DNA of 2,171 nucleotides from Naegleria gruberi (Eukaryota): NCBI GenBank assembly GCA_000004985.1, contig GG739284.1; one strand, 5' to 3'. Shown piece by piece: positions 1 to 2,171 of this stretch (position 1 is its first letter; each line of letters starts with the position of its first letter). The notes under the pieces were generated by a model. It saw only the letters and a program-made list of their open reading frames with translations, ran no database searches and was not told where the DNA came from. The position numbers and the translations under genes were made by a program.

Positions 1-2
1 CA

Positions 3-1127
3 AAAGATAGACAACAAGTTACTGTACAATGGAAGGGAAGTGATTTTTGTGATTGTCTCAATAAGAATAATGTTAATTTGGGTGGAGGTCAGTTCGTTTC
101 AGCAAATCAGGTACTAAATTTAGCTAACAAGTGTATATCTGAAGAAACAATTAATTTTAAAGTAGATGGTGCTGTTTCCAATGATATTAAACGTTGGATC
201 GATGAAGCAATTAGTTCTGTCTTGAAAGATATTAATATCAACAGAGAAGATACTACACTGATTAATCAAGCAGAGAAAGCTTTGGCTAAAGGTTTAGGTT
301 TAGATCTAAAAGATTACCAGCCAATTACCTCCATGTTCGAGCTGTATGATAGCTTGTGTCATCTAACTAGCTTTGAAACCGCCAATCATGAAATTCGTGA
401 ATGGTGGAAGAGGAATAGGGAAAGTCATGGCGCTTCTGTCTCAGTTTCCGCTCCATTAATTGGTGATCTATTTTCAGGTTCTGTTAATGCAAACTATGAC
501 CAAATCAACGAAATGATCAATAAGGGAGTGTTTTCTAATCAAGCAAGTTTTATGAACCATTTGGAAAAGTTGAAAACAAGCAAAGGTCTACAACCTGTAT
601 TTACTTCTCGTTCCCTTAATCTTGTTGAGGGTGGGTCATTATCAAAAGAACTCAAAAAGATTATTAAGGTAATTGGAGTTGAGTTGATTTTGAAAACAAC
701 AAGTAAGAAGAAATCAATGATTTTAGCCAAAGAAGATGACCGGAAGAAAACTGTGGACAGATTCAAAAGTTTAACCGATCAAGTAACAAGCTTATCTAAT
801 ACGATTACAAGCCTTAGCTCAACAATTGAAAAGATTATCTCACACATGAAATATCCACAATATGAATTAATAACAACTCCCAAACCAGACAACATAGGTG
901 ATTGGTATGTAAGCTGTCCTTCAGGATACAGAGTTAACTTTTGCGGTGTCATGATGCCTCATGGCACAGGTCAAAATTTTTACTATGGAATAACCACAGA
1001 TAGTGTTTCATGTTTGTGTTCTGTAGGTAAGAAAGACAACAAGATACCATACGAACCAGGTCAGATTCCAATATGTAAAGCTCATTGCATTAGGACTATT
1101 TATAGTGATTTAACAATTAATATCTAA
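3..1127 (+). CDS. Protein-coding gene, 3' part (5' end outside the window). Hypothetical protein with an alternating-polarity segment, a coiled coil and a C-terminal six-Cys module.
   Basis: The frame at positions 3,6,9... is open from the first base to TAA at 1125..1127, about 375 codons with no stop in AT-rich DNA where stops are frequent. The translation upstream of the track's TTG start is K-D-R-Q-Q-V-T-V-Q-W-K-G-S-D-F-C-D-C-L-N-K-N-N-V-N-L and continues smoothly, so the TTG at 78 is not the true start. Amino-acid composition is sensible and codon use is biased (GGT, GAA, TTA/TTG, AAT, CAA). AATAAA sits 2 nt after the stop. The product call is inference only. Confidence 0.8.
   Translation, partial: KDRQQVTVQWKGSDFCDCLNKNNVNLGGGQFVSANQVLNLANKCISEETINFKVDGAVSNDIKRWIDEAISSVLKDININREDTTLINQAEKALAKGLGLDLKDYQPITSMFELYDSLCHLTSFETANHEIREWWKRNRESHGASVSVSAPLIGDLFSGSVNANYDQINEMINKGVFSNQASFMNHLEKLKTSKGLQPVFTSRSLNLVEGGSLSKELKKIIKVIGVELILKTTSKKKSMILAKEDDRKKTVDRFKSLTDQVTSLSNTITSLSSTIEKIISHMKYPQYELITTPKPDNIGDWYVSCPSGYRVNFCGVMMPHGTGQNFYYGITTDSVSCLCSVGKKDNKIPYEPGQIPICKAHCIRTIYSDLTINI
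786..827 (+). repeat. In-frame tandem duplication of a 21-bp / 7-aa unit (TSLSNTI / TSLSSTI) within the predicted coiled coil
   Basis: Codons 786-806 ACA AGC TTA TCT AAT ACG ATT and 807-827 ACA AGC CTT AGC TCA ACA ATT encode TSLSNTI and TSLSSTI. The protein sequence is nearly identical while the codons differ, which fits an old duplication or selection on heptad periodicity. Confidence 0.5.
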
Positions 1128-1128
1128 C

Positions 1129-1134
1129 AATAAA
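1129..1134 (+). promoter_or_regulatory. Candidate polyadenylation hexamer AATAAA, 2 nt after the stop codon
   Basis: AATAAA at 1129-1134 lies immediately 3' of TAA at 1125-1127. Further AATAAA copies occur at 1221-1226 and 1283-1288. In DNA this AT-rich about one copy is expected by chance in the 740-bp spacer, so the call is tentative. Confidence 0.35.
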
Positions 1135-1843
1135 ATCCTTTCATCAGACTTATTCAATCAATCTTGTAATGTTGAGTTGCTTGGAATGATGCAACGTTAG
1201 TATTTCGATAAATTGTAAACAATAAATACTGACAATAGTTGTTCGACATCTCTCCGCTCATTAGCATCCAGTAAGTGGGCCAAATAAAGATTTATATCCT
1301 TTAAGGCAGGTTCTGATGTTGATTCACCAAACGGTGTCTCAATTCTTGAGCTTTTAATCCATTAGTCTTAAATTATATATTTTATTATTTTGAGTGTTTA
1401 AAAACATTGAACTGTTTAACCATTTTAAAATATCTTGTAAGGATAAATGATGGACAATAAAGATGTACATCCTTCAAAGCTGGTTCCAGATTTTTCACCA
1501 GTTAGTGTAAATAGAGATACAGGAGTGGCAATTGGCTTGAGAAAATTGAAGGTCTTGAAAATAGTTGCAATTCTTATTAGCTCTGCTCAACCAACCTTGC
1601 ATATTTCTTTCAGAAATAGTTTTGTTCATCATACCAAATTCAGTCTTCTTGTATATGATATTTGAATAGAAGAATATATTACCGATAAATACAAGTGAAT
1701 CGAAAATTTCAAAGAGCTGTTTCAAATATTGTTGATGCTTCTTTGATATGTTATTGAACTAGATCTAATTTAAAATAAAGTTGGTGTTATTCCCTTATGG
1801 TGGTCCTTGGTTACTTAAGCCGGTTTTCCTGTAGATGTTTATG

Positions 1844-1862
1844 ATTCACATTTTGTGTGAAT
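1844..1862. repeat. Perfect 7-bp inverted repeat ATTCACA-TTTTG-TGTGAAT at -23..-5 of the 5S start
   Basis: Read directly from the sequence: 1844-1850 ATTCACA, a 5-nt spacer 1851-1855, and 1856-1862 TGTGAAT, which is the exact reverse complement. A tandem GAAT-GAAT follows at 1859-1866 and runs into the +1 G at 1867. Any function is inferred. Confidence 0.5.
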
Positions 1863-1866
1863 GAAT

Positions 1867-1985
1867 GGCTACGGCCATATCACGATGAATGCACCTCATC
1901 CCGTCCGATTTGAGAAGTTAAGCATCGTCGAGCCACATCAGTACTGAGGTTGGAGACAACTTGGGAACCTGTGGTGCTGTAGTCT
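1867..1985 (+). rRNA. 5S ribosomal RNA gene, eukaryotic type, complete
   Basis: The sequence GGCTACGGCCATATCACGATGAATGCAC..CCCGTCCGAT..GAGAAGTTAAGCATCGTCGAGCC..GTACTGAGGTTGGAGACAACTTGGGAACCTGTGGTGCTGTAGTC matches the eukaryotic 5S layout. Helix I pairs 1867-1875 (GGCUACGGC) with 1976-1984 (GCUGUAGUC), 9 bp including 2 G-U. Helix II pairs CACGAUG with CAUCGUCG and has the usual bulge. Helix III pairs CUCA (29-32) with UGAG (45-48). Helix IV pairs CCACA with UGUGG. The conserved GAAGTTAAGC and GGAGAC (box C) motifs are present. Length is about 119 nt and a T run follows immediately. Confidence 0.9.
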
Positions 1986-2003
1986 TTTACTCTTTTTGTT
2001 TTT
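1985..2003 (+). terminator. RNA polymerase III terminator cluster (T4, T5, T5) downstream of 5S
   Basis: TTTT at 1985-1988, TTTTT at 1993-1997 and TTTTT at 1999-2003 on the coding strand lie directly after helix I of the 5S gene. Runs of four or more T are the Pol III termination signal in eukaryotes. Confidence 0.75.
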
Positions 2004-2171
2004 GTACAGTATTAAAGTGTTTTACTTTCTTTTATGAGAGATTAAGGATGTTTGTTAAATTCCATTAACAAAAACAAGGTGATTTGTGTGATGAATTCAA
2101 TTTACAAACATATACCAACTATCATTGGATTGTTAAAAATTGTAAAAAGGCATAGGGTGGAGTTTCGCCAC

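Noticed and set aside
78-80. The TTG given as the start codon of the 349-aa ORF in the six-frame track
   Set aside because: The same frame is open all the way back to base 3 with plausible amino-acid sequence. TTG initiation is a bacterial convention, and this locus is eukaryotic (5S type, Pol III terminator). The true start is upstream of the window.
539-766. 75-aa ORF on the minus strand
   Set aside because: It lies entirely antisense to the well-supported long CDS and its translation is low-complexity (F/L/S-rich). This is a typical shadow ORF.
1125-1175. Possible ciliate-style readthrough of TAA (TAA read as Gln), which would extend the CDS
   Set aside because: All 11 Gln in the ORF are CAA/CAG and there are no in-frame TAA/TAG in about 375 codons. 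Under a reassigned code many would be expected. The extension would in any case add only about 16 codons before a TGA.
1447-1725. Two short overlapping ORFs (72 aa on +, 76 aa on -) in the spacer
   Set aside because: They overlap on opposite strands, are short for AT-rich DNA, have odd compositions and no recognisable motifs. They could be exons only if the genome is intron-rich, which the upstream gene argues against.
1801-1835. CCTTGG...TTTTCCTGTAG resembling the 3' end of 5S (CTTGGG...CTGTAG), as a possible degenerate second 5S copy
   Set aside because: Only two short words match, with different spacing (23 versus 17 nt), and nothing resembling the 5S 5' half lies upstream. This is most likely coincidence.
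1128-1866. A spliced-leader RNA gene linked to 5S, as in nematodes and euglenozoans
   Set aside because: I looked on both strands for the SL1-type 22-mer core (GGTTTAATTACCCAAGTTTGAG or its complement) and found nothing similar.
1128-1866. tRNA genes in the spacer
   Set aside because: TTCGA or GGTTC occurrences in the spacer (e.g. 1239-1251, 1309-1320, 1699-1711) lack the flanking complementary T-stem arms.
1867-1985. 5S-derived SINE or pseudogene rather than a real 5S gene
   Set aside because: The element is full length. Helices I to IV all pair with compensatory G-U/G-C combinations. The conserved loop motifs are present and it ends exactly at a Pol III T-run, with no unrelated 3' tail or target-site duplication visible.
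2150-2171. The window-final stretch GGCATAGGGTGGAGTTTCGCCAC as a possible tRNA 5' half
   Set aside because: No acceptable D-arm could be drawn from it.
1-2171. Prokaryotic interpretation (operon, Shine-Dalgarno sites, rho-independent terminator)
   Set aside because: The 5S is of the eukaryotic type and stands alone, with no 23S/16S context. No GC-rich stem-loop terminator follows the CDS, and there is no ribosome-binding-site logic. The AATAAA and Pol III T-run signals fit a eukaryotic nucleus instead.

Overview
This is AT-rich eukaryotic nuclear DNA, roughly one-third G+C by eye, with two well-supported elements. The first is the 3' part of an intron-free protein-coding gene on the + strand (3..1127). 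It is open to the 5' window edge, so the real start lies upstream; the TTG at 78 is only an artefact of the ORF track. The second is a complete eukaryote-type 5S rRNA gene on the + strand (1867..1985), 740 bp downstream of the stop and followed by a cluster of RNA polymerase III T-run terminators (1985..2003). The protein has no family I can name with confidence. From N- to C-terminus in the window it contains a segment of alternating small and hydrophobic residues (about 432..500), a K/E/S/T-rich predicted coiled coil carrying an exact heptad duplication (TSLSNTI/TSLSSTI, 786..827), and a C-terminal module with six cysteines spaced C-x8-C-x22-C-x-C-x18-C-x3-C (900..1088). A pore-forming or adhesive secreted protein is possible but unproven. 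The standard genetic code is in use: all 11 Gln are CAA/CAG and there are no in-frame TAA/TAG. The 5S gene keeps full helix I, II, III and IV pairing including G-U pairs, so it is probably functional rather than a decayed copy. A perfect 7-bp inverted repeat lies at -23..-5 of the 5S start, and a near-identical TTGTGTGA..TGAAT motif recurs at 2084..2097, just before an ATG that opens a reading frame running off the 3' edge. I see no bacterial hallmarks and no CRISPR, tRNA or obvious transposon. The three short ORFs in the track (539..766 -, 1447..1665 +, 1495..1725 -) look spurious.
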